From: a virus
Taxonomy: Duplodnaviria > Heunggongvirae > Uroviricota > Caudoviricetes
IMG/VR virus record: IMGVR_UViG_3300035208_004239
Coordinates: 195,611 to 259,610 of that record
Direction: 5' to 3' (one strand)
DNA: 64,000 bases
Below, one piece after another: positions 48,290-58,357 of the stretch (its first letter is position 1; every line of letters begins with the position of its first letter). A model generated the notes under the pieces. That model was given only the letters and a program-made list of their open reading frames with translations, made no database searches and had not been told where the DNA came from. Position numbers and translations under genes: made by a program.

Positions 48290-48577
48290 ATGTCAAAAAA
48301 TTTAACAACTGAAGAATTTATAAATAAAGCAAAATTAAAACATAGTAATAAATATAATTTTGATTTTTATCTTCCTAAAAATAATCTATTGATAGAATTT
48401 GATGGTCAACAACATTTTAATATAATTAATTATTGGGGAGGTATTGATAGATTTAAAAAACAGGAAATGATTAATGAAATTAAAAATAAATTTGCTAAAA
48501 AAAATAAGATAAATTTATTAAGAATTAAGTATAATGAAATTAATAATATCGAAAATATTTTAAATAATAAACTATAA
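48290..48577 (+). pseudogene. internally deleted remnant of the 9676/31119 endonuclease family
   Basis: LTTEEFINKAK..H.NKY joined directly to FDFYLP...IEFDGQQH; all Zn-ribbon repeats are missing. Confidence 0.65.
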
Positions 48578-50409
48578 TGGGAAATAATATAATTCAATAT
48601 GGTTCAAGAACATTCGGGGAAATTAGAAATGATTTAATAACATACATTAGACAGACATATCCCGAAGTACTTAGCGATTTTACTGATTCAAGTGTTGGTG
48701 CTATACTTATCGATCTCAATGCTGGTATTGGTAACAATTTAGCAATTAATACTGATAGGGCATTTCAAGAAACACAATTAGAATATGCTCAACAAAGAGC
48801 ATCAATATTAGATATAGCAAAAAATATGGGATTTAATATTCCAGCACGAAGACCATCAGTAACTATTATTGATTTTACTATAAATGTTCCGGTGCTTGGA
48901 GATAGACCCGATCCATCATATTTTCCAAAATTAGCTGTTGGAGCACAAGTTGTTGGAGGCGGTAAAACTTTTGAAACTCAAGAAATTATTGATTGGAGTT
49001 CTTCAGTTAGTAATCTTGGTGATCCTAATCGTTCAATTATACCTAATTTAGATTCAGATGGTGTTATTCAAAACTATAGTATTACTAAAAGAGAAGTTGT
49101 TATAAATGGTGTAACAAGTATCTATAAAAGAATTATTACAGCAAATGATGTAATACCTTTTCTTTCAATTATTTTACCTGATCCTAATGTTATTGAAATT
49201 GAAAGTGTAATATTATTAGAAGGTACAAATTGGTCATCAAATCCAGATTCAAGTTATTTTAATAATGATGATTATAGATTTTATGAAGTAGATTATTTAG
49301 CACAACAAAGAGTTTTTATTGAAAACACCAATAGTTCAGCAATTAATGAATCAGGAGTTAAAGCAGCTAAATGGATTGATGTTACAAAAAAATTTATAAA
49401 AGAATTTACACCTAATGGATTTTGTAAACTAATATTTGGTTCTGGTGATGCAGATGTTAATGCATTTCAGAATGGATTATTAAAAGAAGGTGTTAGTAAT
49501 CGTGGATTTCTTGATAATTTTTTAAATAATACTGCCTTGGGAGAAAGACTTAAAGCAGGATACACATTGTTTATAAAATATAGAACTGGTGGTGGAAGTA
49601 GTTCCAATATTGGTGCAAGAGTATTAACTCAACTTGGTAGTTATAATTTAATTGTTATTGGTTCACGTTCAGAATTTAATCAAGCAGTACAAAGAAGTAT
49701 TAAAGTAAATAATCCAATTCCAGCAATTGGTGGAAATGATGGATTAAGTATTGAACAAATAAGACAATTAACAAAATATAATTTTGGAAGTCAAAATAGA
49801 GATGTTACACTTACAGATTATTTATTGCAACTTTATAAAATGCCCGGAAAATTTGGTTCACCATTTCGTGCAAATGCATTTAGAGAAAATAATAAAATTA
49901 TAATTTCATTACTTGGTTTAGGATCAGATGGTAAATTATCAAATATGAGCAATACATTATTGAAAGAAAATATTGCAGAATATCTTAGTCAATTTCGAAT
50001 GGTTAATGATTTTATTGAAATTAAAGACGGTAAAATTTTTAATCTTGCTTTTGATGTTGATGTTTATGTTGATAATATTACTGATAATCAAATTGCTAAT
50101 AATATAATTATACTTATTAAAGATTATTTTAATATTAATAATTATGAAATGAATCAGGATGTTTTTCTTGGTAAACTTCAAAGACAGATTTTAGAAGCTA
50201 ATGGTGTTATAAATGTTATTAGTATTAAGTCTTATAATAAAGTTGGGGGTCAATATTCAAATAATGTTATATCTCAAACAATTGCAAATGCTTCAACTGG
50301 TGAAATTAGTCTTATAAATAATACTATTTATTCTGTTAAAGATTCAATGTTTGAAATTAGATATCCTGAAAAAGATATTAAAGTATATTTAAGAAAGAAT
50401 ATTGGATAA
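48577..50409 (+). CDS. baseplate wedge protein, T4 gp6/baseplate J-like
   Basis: F.EIR.DL..Y....YP...DF..SS.G, AQQR.S...A...G, YRTGGG...N, GG.D...IEQIR, QNR.VT..DY. Confidence 0.85.
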   Translation: MGNNIIQYGSRTFGEIRNDLITYIRQTYPEVLSDFTDSSVGAILIDLNAGIGNNLAINTDRAFQETQLEYAQQRASILDIAKNMGFNIPARRPSVTIIDFTINVPVLGDRPDPSYFPKLAVGAQVVGGGKTFETQEIIDWSSSVSNLGDPNRSIIPNLDSDGVIQNYSITKREVVINGVTSIYKRIITANDVIPFLSIILPDPNVIEIESVILLEGTNWSSNPDSSYFNNDDYRFYEVDYLAQQRVFIENTNSSAINESGVKAAKWIDVTKKFIKEFTPNGFCKLIFGSGDADVNAFQNGLLKEGVSNRGFLDNFLNNTALGERLKAGYTLFIKYRTGGGSSSNIGARVLTQLGSYNLIVIGSRSEFNQAVQRSIKVNNPIPAIGGNDGLSIEQIRQLTKYNFGSQNRDVTLTDYLLQLYKMPGKFGSPFRANAFRENNKIIISLLGLGSDGKLSNMSNTLLKENIAEYLSQFRMVNDFIEIKDGKIFNLAFDVDVYVDNITDNQIANNIIILIKDYFNINNYEMNQDVFLGKLQRQILEANGVINVISIKSYNKVGGQYSNNVISQTIANASTGEISLINNTIYSVKDSMFEIRYPEKDIKVYLRKNIG

Positions 50410-50627
50410 TGGAAGTATTAAAAAAAAACATAAAATTATTAATGACAACTGGTATAACAACCAATTGTAATAAAGATTGTTTTATATTTATACCTGATCT
50501 AACTGTTAATTATAACATTAAATTTGGTTTAACTCAAGAAGCTCATGATTTTGGGTTTTTTGATGCATATATTCCTGAAACCGGAATTACTTCACAATTA
50601 GGGGTGGAAATTGGAAATGAAGAATAG
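50409..50627 (+). CDS. small hypothetical protein in the baseplate cluster
   Basis: 72-aa ORF coupled to the previous stop codon. Confidence 0.55.
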   Translation: MEVLKKNIKLLMTTGITTNCNKDCFIFIPDLTVNYNIKFGLTQEAHDFGFFDAYIPETGITSQLGVEIGNEE

Positions 50628-50688
50628 TGTATTTTATTAATATCTGGTGGAATAAGAGCACCATTATAATTAACATTAAAATAAAAAA

Positions 50689-51135
50689 ATGATAGTAAGT
50701 GGAACATCATATAGTAGATTGAGCGAATTGGAAACATATAAAGTAAATCCTACATATTTAACAAAATATATTTCTGGTGGATCAATAAGTAAAGATGGTT
50801 TAGATTATACTAAATCTATTGAAAATGCTTATTATATATATTATATTGGTGGAATAAGATATGTTGATACCATTATTAATCAAAATACTACAACTACTAT
50901 ATATAGTTTTACAACATATGGTACAAATAGTCCCAATTTTATTAATGTACCAATGTTTAAAAATCCAAATAAGGAAAGAATAATTAGCAATCCAAAAATT
51001 GATGATGATGTATTTATAATTAGACAAGAAATATCGGCATTTGATAAAAATTATAAATTAGAATTTATTAGAAGTCTTGTAGATTTAGAAACATATGCTG
51101 GTGGAAATTTTTTTAATATCATAAAAAATAGTTAA
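50689..51135 (+). CDS. hypothetical protein in the baseplate cluster
   Basis: 148-aa ORF. Confidence 0.6.
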   Translation: MIVSGTSYSRLSELETYKVNPTYLTKYISGGSISKDGLDYTKSIENAYYIYYIGGIRYVDTIINQNTTTTIYSFTTYGTNSPNFINVPMFKNPNKERIISNPKIDDDVFIIRQEISAFDKNYKLEFIRSLVDLETYAGGNFFNIIKNS

Positions 51136-51137
51136 AT

Positions 51138-51272
51138 ATGGCAAACCAATATAATAGAAAAGAATATAAAAAATCAGAAATTAATGAAATAATTTCATTA
51201 TATCAATCTGGTGTTTCATTTTCTAAAAGAACAAAATGTTCAATAAATAAAGAAGAATTAATAAATATATAA
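51138..51272 (+). pseudogene. 44-aa ORF, possible collapsed homing-endonuclease remnant
   Basis: HTH-like start EIISLYQSGVS joined to SKRTKCSINKEEL, which resembles HNH gene C-termini. Confidence 0.35.
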
Positions 51273-51274
51273 AA

Positions 51275-52180
51275 ATGGCTATTTCTACTTATGGTGTTGT
51301 TCGTCCCGCAGATGTAAATATTAATGATATTGATATTTATTATAATTATACCCCTGATAGACAAACATCTAATGATAATATATTTAAAATTGAATCACCA
51401 AGTGATTTATTATCTTATTGTTATTTACCTGATACTGAACAAGTATTGGGTTTTGAAAATTTATTAGAGGGTCTATATAATTTAAGATTACCTGCATCAA
51501 CATTCAATCAATTAGGTATTTATACAATTTATATAAAACCTAAAGTATTTTCTATTGAAATTATTGATTGTAGTGTTTTATCCGCATTACCGTCAGTAAA
51601 GGGAATTGTGGTTAATGTTAATGATTTACCCGAAACAGCAAAAGCAAATAATGCATTACAGGGTTATCGTATTGAATATATAAATTCTGATGGAACTAAA
51701 CTTCGAAATGTTGTTCGATATATAGTAACATCAAATAAAGTAATTGCAGTTAGTGAAAATATTGGTAATACAAGTCAAAAATCACAAAGATATCGTTTTG
51801 ATGATTCTGGTTCGTTAATGTTTTTACAATTAACACCAAGTAGTTCATCAGATGTTAAACCAAATACTTTTCCATTTATTGGAACTCCGGGGCAAGTAAT
51901 GTTATTATCAAACACCTTTTTTACTCCATTAACATTGGAAATTGAATTAGTTGAAAATACTATTGATACTTTGACAGAAATTATTGCAGGTGAAGAAATT
52001 AAAGACGTTCAAAAAGGTATTTTAACACATTATGATAAAAATAGAGTAATAACAAAACAGTTTAACTTATATGAAGTAAAAGAAGATACTATTGATGTAC
52101 CGCTTTACGAAGTTAAAGAAAAGAGAATAAATATAGACGATACACAAAACTTTGACGACATTACAAGTGAAGTACAATAA
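51275..52180 (+). CDS. putative virion/baseplate structural protein
   Basis: 301-aa beta-rich ORF in the structural cluster. Confidence 0.5.
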   Translation: MAISTYGVVRPADVNINDIDIYYNYTPDRQTSNDNIFKIESPSDLLSYCYLPDTEQVLGFENLLEGLYNLRLPASTFNQLGIYTIYIKPKVFSIEIIDCSVLSALPSVKGIVVNVNDLPETAKANNALQGYRIEYINSDGTKLRNVVRYIVTSNKVIAVSENIGNTSQKSQRYRFDDSGSLMFLQLTPSSSSDVKPNTFPFIGTPGQVMLLSNTFFTPLTLEIELVENTIDTLTEIIAGEEIKDVQKGILTHYDKNRVITKQFNLYEVKEDTIDVPLYEVKEKRINIDDTQNFDDITSEVQ

Positions 52181-52189
52181 ATTAAAATA

Positions 52190-52912
52190 ATGGATGAAAT
52201 ATTTCCTTTAGTTAGTTGTCTGATGGTTACCAGAGCAGCTAATATGAAAATTATAGATAATGCATTATATTCATATATTAATCAAACGTATAAAAATAAG
52301 GAACTTATAATCATCACTGATTGTGAATCTAAAAATTTGGATGATCTGAAAATACTTTTAAATGATTATTCAGATGAAAATATCAAACTTATTTATTTAA
52401 AAGAAAAATTAAAAATGGGTGCATTAAGAAACGTATCTATTGATAATGCTTCTGGTGAATATTGTATTCAATGGGATGATGATGATTTATATCATGAAGA
52501 AAGAATTGAAAGACAATATTTAGAATTAATTAGTGGTGATTATGATTATTGCTTACTTAAAGAATTTACGATGTATTTTTATAATACACATTTATTGTCA
52601 ACAAACAGATGGTATGATGATTTCATATCAGGATTGCCACCATCAATTATGTTTCGAAAAAATATGAAATATAGATATCCTGATAATATTCAGTTTAGTG
52701 AGGATATTGTAATAGGTAATCAACTAAATTTAAAATATTCAATACTTTCTGATTTACCATATTTATATGTTTATACATATCATGGTTATAATTCATTTGA
52801 ATATCAACATTATTTAAAATTATATAGAGAAACAAAAATAAATTTTAATGAAGAAATTATTGAAAAAATAATATCTTTACTTAACTATAAAAATCTTGAT
52901 TATAGGTTTTAA
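52190..52912 (+). CDS. GT2-family glycosyltransferase (copy 1)
   Basis: VSCLMVT, SYINQTY.NKELII, G..RN, QWDDDD. Confidence 0.85.
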   Translation: MDEIFPLVSCLMVTRAANMKIIDNALYSYINQTYKNKELIIITDCESKNLDDLKILLNDYSDENIKLIYLKEKLKMGALRNVSIDNASGEYCIQWDDDDLYHEERIERQYLELISGDYDYCLLKEFTMYFYNTHLLSTNRWYDDFISGLPPSIMFRKNMKYRYPDNIQFSEDIVIGNQLNLKYSILSDLPYLYVYTYHGYNSFEYQHYLKLYRETKINFNEEIIEKIISLLNYKNLDYRF

Positions 52913-52923
52913 ATTTTAAAATA

Positions 52924-53643
52924 ATGGATGAAATATTTCCTTTAGTTAGTTGTCTGATGGTTACCAGAGCAGTTAATATGAAAATTATTGATGGTGCATT
53001 ATATTCATATATTAATCAAACATATAAAAATAAGGAACTTATAATTGTACCTGATTGTGATGTAAAAAATTTAGATAATTTGAAACGTCATTTAGATAAT
53101 TATAAAGACGAAAACATTAAATTAGTAGAATTAAAAGAAAAATTAATGTTGGGTTCATTAAGAAACGTATCTATTGATAATGCTTCTGGTGAATATTGTA
53201 TTCAATGGGATGATGATGATTTATACCATGAAAGAAGAATTGAAATGCAATATCAAGAAATTATTAGTGGTGATTATGATTATTGCTTACTTAAAAATTT
53301 TATGATGTATTTTTATAATACATATTTATTATCAATAAACAGATGGTATGATGATAAGTTAGGTGGTCAACCACCATCAATTTTATTTAAAAAAGATATT
53401 AATTTTCGATATCCAAAAATTCCACTTCATGAAGATATTGCAATAGTAGAACGTACTGATTTGAAAAGATGTATACTTGACGATAAACCATATTTATATA
53501 TTTATACATATCATGGAAATAATTGTTATGATTATCAACACTATCTTAGTTTATATTCTGCAACAAAAATGACATTTGATATTGAAATTCTTGATCAGAT
53601 TACTCCCTTACTTGATTATATATGTCTTAATTACAGATTTTAA
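52924..53643 (+). CDS. GT2-family glycosyltransferase (copy 2, tandem paralogue)
   Basis: Same motifs; 5' DNA nearly identical to copy 1. Confidence 0.85.
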   Translation: MDEIFPLVSCLMVTRAVNMKIIDGALYSYINQTYKNKELIIVPDCDVKNLDNLKRHLDNYKDENIKLVELKEKLMLGSLRNVSIDNASGEYCIQWDDDDLYHERRIEMQYQEIISGDYDYCLLKNFMMYFYNTYLLSINRWYDDKLGGQPPSILFKKDINFRYPKIPLHEDIAIVERTDLKRCILDDKPYLYIYTYHGNNCYDYQHYLSLYSATKMTFDIEILDQITPLLDYICLNYRF

Positions 53644-53697
53644 TTATAACACACCAATCTTTTTTGTTTTATTGTATTTATATGAAACATTAAAATT

Positions 53698-56600
53698 GTG
53701 GGAAAAGTAAAAGTTGTAAATAACAATCTTAATTCGAATTTAAACGGTACAAATTTTAATAATACTCCTTCTGAAACAATATTTTCATTTGGTAGGTTTT
53801 CGGTTACTTCGAATTTTGATAAAAGAGAACATGTTGATTATTCCACACAGTTAAGCACATTTGTTAATCCTGTTACTTTAGAAACTATGGGTATTTCAGA
53901 TATACAATCTGAAATTTTATACAACTATTCAACTAATGCTGTTTTAAACCTTGATAAATCTGATTTAAAAACTTTTGTTAAATTTGGTTCAGCATATGAA
54001 TTTTTAAGAGTATCGATTGAAAACATTATTTTAAAATATCCCGGAAGTTTATTTTTAAGTTCAAAAGTTGCACAATTTGGAAATTATACAATTAGTGATT
54101 TTTCGTATGATTTAGTAACAAATACATCAATATTTAAAATTCCAATTAATAGTATTATTAATAAATTCAATTTAATTTATAATTATGTTAATTTAACTGG
54201 TACTACCAACGAATCAAAAGATTTAAATATTTCATATAATAATTATATAGTATGGTCATCAATTGATTCAGAAAATAATAATCATACAGTAATTGGTTAT
54301 ACTGGAAATACTTCTGGACAACAATATTTAACTGTTAAAGTAATTGGAAATCCATTTCCAACCATTACTGGCACAACTGGTTATATTGATTTTCATATTA
54401 AACCAAATAGTAATATTTTTGAAGAATTTAGAGCACAATTAAATGAATATGAAAAATATTTAATTTCTCAAAGGAATGGTGTAACTGGTTTTAAATGTAC
54501 AATGAAAGACCCAACGTTGCTTGATGATGGAAACGTTGTATATGTTGATACTACCATTTTATGGACAACTGCTGATCAATATAATATTGATATAGATACA
54601 CCAAATTATAGAAAATTTTTAGAAATTATTCTAACTATTGGTAGTAAATATGATTCGATTAAAACTGATTTAATTGCCAGATTTTTAACACCTCAATCAA
54701 TTAAAACATATGATCTTACTGATCGTGGAAAAGTAACTAAATTATTAAGAATATATGGTAGAGAATTTGATGAATTAAGACAATTTATTGATTCTCTTGT
54801 TTATATTAATAAAGTTACATATAATAAAATTAATAATGCTCCAGATCAAATTATAAAAAATCTTGCAAAAACATTTGGGTGGGATCATTTTTCATTGGTT
54901 AATGAAACTGAATTAGTTGATAGTATTTTATCTATTGATGATCAAGAAAGAAATTTAAATACTGATTTAATTCCAGTAGAAATTGATATTGAACTTTGGC
55001 GAAGAATTATAATTAATACGAGTTATTTTTGGAAAAGTAAAGGTACTCGTGAAGCAATAAAATCAATATTTTTAATAATAGGTATACCCGAACCGTTTAT
55101 TAATATTACAGAATATATTTATACTGTTGAAGGTAAAATAAATCCAAATACTGTTCCTTTAACTACAACCGATTTTCCTTCAAATTCATTACCTTATGAT
55201 ACTGAAGGATATCCAATTGCACCAATAGAAACGAATAATTTTTATTTTCAAATGTCCGGGAATACCGATAGTGGTCAAGCATATCTTGATGTATTTCGTT
55301 TAGCTGGTTTTAATTTACTTCAGACTATTGATAATAAAAAATCATGGATACAAACTGGTGCAACAATAAGACAACACTATTTAACTCCACAGTATTATCA
55401 AGAAGATAGTAAATTAGTTATTAATACTAAAGAGATTGATGTTTCTTTAGATGTTGCACGTGGTATTGAATATGATGTATATCAATACATAAAAAATGTT
55501 GATTTTCCAGCAAATTCTGCAGGATATGTACTTTCATATAATTATGTTAATATTTCTTTGGGTGTAGGTACACAACAAAATACGTTCACAATTCCTTTTA
55601 AATCTGAAGGAGATATTGAAGTTCGTTTTAATGGAATATTATTAAATGCTCCTAAAACCGGAACGACCACAGGAATAACTTATCAAGCCGATTATATGAT
55701 TTCTGGTAATTCAATTGTTTTAGCGAATGGTATATATGCCAGAAATGTTGGAAATCGTAGGGATGTTGTGCAAATAACCCAATTATATACTGGTTCAACA
55801 GCAACTCCATTGTCTGGAATTACTGTACAGTATATGGTCACAAGAATTAATGCAAGTATGTCAGGTACTGTTATTCCATTACCAACATATGCAAGTGGTG
55901 ATGTACAACTAACTGTTAATGGTATTTCACTTACAAAAGGAACTGGTCAATTTAATGCAGATTATATTGTTGATCCAAATAATACTAATCAACTTATTAT
56001 TCAAAATCCGGAAGTTATTTCGTACTTAGCTGTTAATCCAATGATTCAAGTCGCTTATGTGACTGTTAGTGGTAATACAACCATTGCTGCAAGAAGTGAA
56101 GTTTTAAGAATTGATAGTTTTAATAGTGGAAAAATATATTATAATAATTCTGCAAATAAATATGTTTATAAATTAAATTATAAACTTAATAATGCCAACG
56201 AAGTTAAGATTTTAATTGATGGTATTGGATTAGAACCAAATACTGACTATACTTTAAATACAGGGAATCCATATGAAATTTATTTACCAAGAGGATTAAA
56301 ATACGGGAGTGTAATTAGTGCATATTATCTTATTGGTGGTACAGATTACTTTGCTCCGGTAATTGGAGAAAGTTTTGGTATTGGCGATATTAGTCAATTA
56401 TCATTTCTTGAATTTCTTATATTAATGGAACAGAGAATGATAAATGCAACAAATAGGAAAACTGTTACCGATAGTAAAGGTGGTTGGTATCCAACATTAT
56501 TAAGAGTATATATTGATTATCTTAATAGATCAAAACTTCCATTAAGTGATTCATTACATTCAAATGGTTATACTTTTGAAAATTTATATCCATTTTTAAG

Positions 56601-57429
56601 TAAATATAATGCGTTCTTTCAAAGATTTATTGATCAATTATTATCAGCAACTATCATTCTAAGAAAATCTGGTTTGCTGGTTAGAAATAGTATATTTACT
56701 AAACAAAAATTTACATACAAACGTGGTGTTAATATGGGTGCTATTGTTAGTCGCACTTCAGATGGATATACTGTTTTTGAAGAAGATTCAAATTTATTTT
56801 ATTTTGGTGACGATGGTAGCATATTTTTAAAAAGACCATTATCTAAAAATATTGAATGGACTGAAGATAATGTTAAAATTGTTAATTTATGTACAAATTT
56901 TATTGTAAGTGGAATTACAATTACATATCCTGTAACAACAACCACAACAACTGCTACACCGTTTAGTTCAACAATTATGTTGTATCAAACGAATTTTATA
57001 CAAAACTCAATTAATTCAAATAAAGGAATATATAGATTGGTGGAATATAATCTAAGATTTAATCCAGACATACCGCCTTCATATGCAGTTACATTTAATC
57101 TTAATTTTGAAATTATATTAAGTGGATTAACAAATCCAACATATGGTGAACATACTGCAAAAATAACAATTCGTAAAAATTCAACTCAAATTGGTAATGT
57201 AATTTTATATCAAAATGATGGAACTTATTATTTAACTGGTACTACAGTTACAGTAATTAATAGTGAATCATTATTTATTGTTTTAGAAAATACTGCAACA
57301 GCAAATGGAATAAATCCAATTAGTTCAAAAACAATATTAACCCCAATGGTTTCAAACGTTGCACCAAGTATGGGCGAATTTACGATTATTCCACCTTATG
57401 TTGAAACAATTCCAATTAATGTACCATAA
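53698..57429 (+). CDS. large baseplate/tail structural protein
   Basis: LAKTFGW and FWKSKGTREAI..IF..IG motifs of gp7/tail-I-like wedge proteins; repeated V..NGI.L...DY modules. Confidence 0.6.
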   Translation: MGKVKVVNNNLNSNLNGTNFNNTPSETIFSFGRFSVTSNFDKREHVDYSTQLSTFVNPVTLETMGISDIQSEILYNYSTNAVLNLDKSDLKTFVKFGSAYEFLRVSIENIILKYPGSLFLSSKVAQFGNYTISDFSYDLVTNTSIFKIPINSIINKFNLIYNYVNLTGTTNESKDLNISYNNYIVWSSIDSENNNHTVIGYTGNTSGQQYLTVKVIGNPFPTITGTTGYIDFHIKPNSNIFEEFRAQLNEYEKYLISQRNGVTGFKCTMKDPTLLDDGNVVYVDTTILWTTADQYNIDIDTPNYRKFLEIILTIGSKYDSIKTDLIARFLTPQSIKTYDLTDRGKVTKLLRIYGREFDELRQFIDSLVYINKVTYNKINNAPDQIIKNLAKTFGWDHFSLVNETELVDSILSIDDQERNLNTDLIPVEIDIELWRRIIINTSYFWKSKGTREAIKSIFLIIGIPEPFINITEYIYTVEGKINPNTVPLTTTDFPSNSLPYDTEGYPIAPIETNNFYFQMSGNTDSGQAYLDVFRLAGFNLLQTIDNKKSWIQTGATIRQHYLTPQYYQEDSKLVINTKEIDVSLDVARGIEYDVYQYIKNVDFPANSAGYVLSYNYVNISLGVGTQQNTFTIPFKSEGDIEVRFNGILLNAPKTGTTTGITYQADYMISGNSIVLANGIYARNVGNRRDVVQITQLYTGSTATPLSGITVQYMVTRINASMSGTVIPLPTYASGDVQLTVNGISLTKGTGQFNADYIVDPNNTNQLIIQNPEVISYLAVNPMIQVAYVTVSGNTTIAARSEVLRIDSFNSGKIYYNNSANKYVYKLNYKLNNANEVKILIDGIGLEPNTDYTLNTGNPYEIYLPRGLKYGSVISAYYLIGGTDYFAPVIGESFGIGDISQLSFLEFLILMEQRMINATNRKTVTDSKGGWYPTLLRVYIDYLNRSKLPLSDSLHSNGYTFENLYPFLSKYNAFFQRFIDQLLSATIILRKSGLLVRNSIFTKQKFTYKRGVNMGAIVSRTSDGYTVFEEDSNLFYFGDDGSIFLKRPLSKNIEWTEDNVKIVNLCTNFIVSGITITYPVTTTTTTATPFSSTIMLYQTNFIQNSINSNKGIYRLVEYNLRFNPDIPPSYAVTFNLNFEIILSGLTNPTYGEHTAKITIRKNSTQIGNVILYQNDGTYYLTGTTVTVINSESLFIVLENTATANGINPISSKTILTPMVSNVAPSMGEFTIIPPYVETIPINVP

Positions 57430-57440
57430 AAAAATTAAAA

Positions 57441-58355
57441 ATGAAAATATTAGTAGTATTACCGGATCATAGTTACTTCTTATGGCAAATGCTTGTTCAA
57501 ATTAATAATTTTAGAAAATTTGATATGGAAAATGATGCCATTTTTTTAATTGGAAAAAGATCAATTGAATTAAGTAAAACTCTTATGAAAATTTTAAATG
57601 GAAACATAAAAAGTGAATTTCATGTTATAAACGATACCAGAGAAAATCCACAATATTCTTCTTCAATGAGACCTCATATATTAGCCAAATTTTTCGATGA
57701 ACATCCAGAAATGGAACATCAAACATTTTTATATATTGATCCCGATGTATTATTTACTAAAAAATTTAAAACTGGTAATTTAGAAAAAACAAATACTTGG
57801 TATTTAAGTGATACACGTTCATATATTGATAGTCGATACATTAAAAGTAAAAGCGAAACATTGTTTTATGAAATGTGTAATATTGTAAATATTGATCCAA
57901 AAATTGTAGAAGATAATGATGAAAATGCAGGTGGTGCTCAATATGTTATGAAAAATGTTAGTACTGATTTTTGGAAAAAAGTTGAATGGGATAGTGAAAA
58001 TTTATTTATTCATATGATAAATACATCACATAAATATTCACCGGAACATCCAATACAAGCATGGACTGCTGATATGTGGGCAGTTTTATGGAATGCGTGG
58101 CTTTTTAAACATGAAACTAAAATAATGAAAAATTTAAATTTTTCATGGGCAACTGACCCAATAGAAAGATGGAATGAAACAACTATTTTTCATAATGCAG
58201 GTGCAGTTATAAATAATGGTATTCATTTTTTAAAAACTAAATATCAGGTTTCACCATTTAATAAGGAAATTAAATGTAGTGATGAATATTGTGGATATAA
58301 TTACCTTAAAGAAATAAAAGAAACTGAAAAAACATTTTCAAAAATATTATTTTAA
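57441..58355 (+). CDS. GT-A glycosyltransferase-like protein
   Basis: FLYIDPDVLF DxD motif, GGAQY, WTADMWA (reminiscent of HPAT/SERGT-type protein O-glycosyltransferases), IFH. Confidence 0.55.
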   Translation: MKILVVLPDHSYFLWQMLVQINNFRKFDMENDAIFLIGKRSIELSKTLMKILNGNIKSEFHVINDTRENPQYSSSMRPHILAKFFDEHPEMEHQTFLYIDPDVLFTKKFKTGNLEKTNTWYLSDTRSYIDSRYIKSKSETLFYEMCNIVNIDPKIVEDNDENAGGAQYVMKNVSTDFWKKVEWDSENLFIHMINTSHKYSPEHPIQAWTADMWAVLWNAWLFKHETKIMKNLNFSWATDPIERWNETTIFHNAGAVINNGIHFLKTKYQVSPFNKEIKCSDEYCGYNYLKEIKETEKTFSKILF

Positions 58356-58357
58356 TC

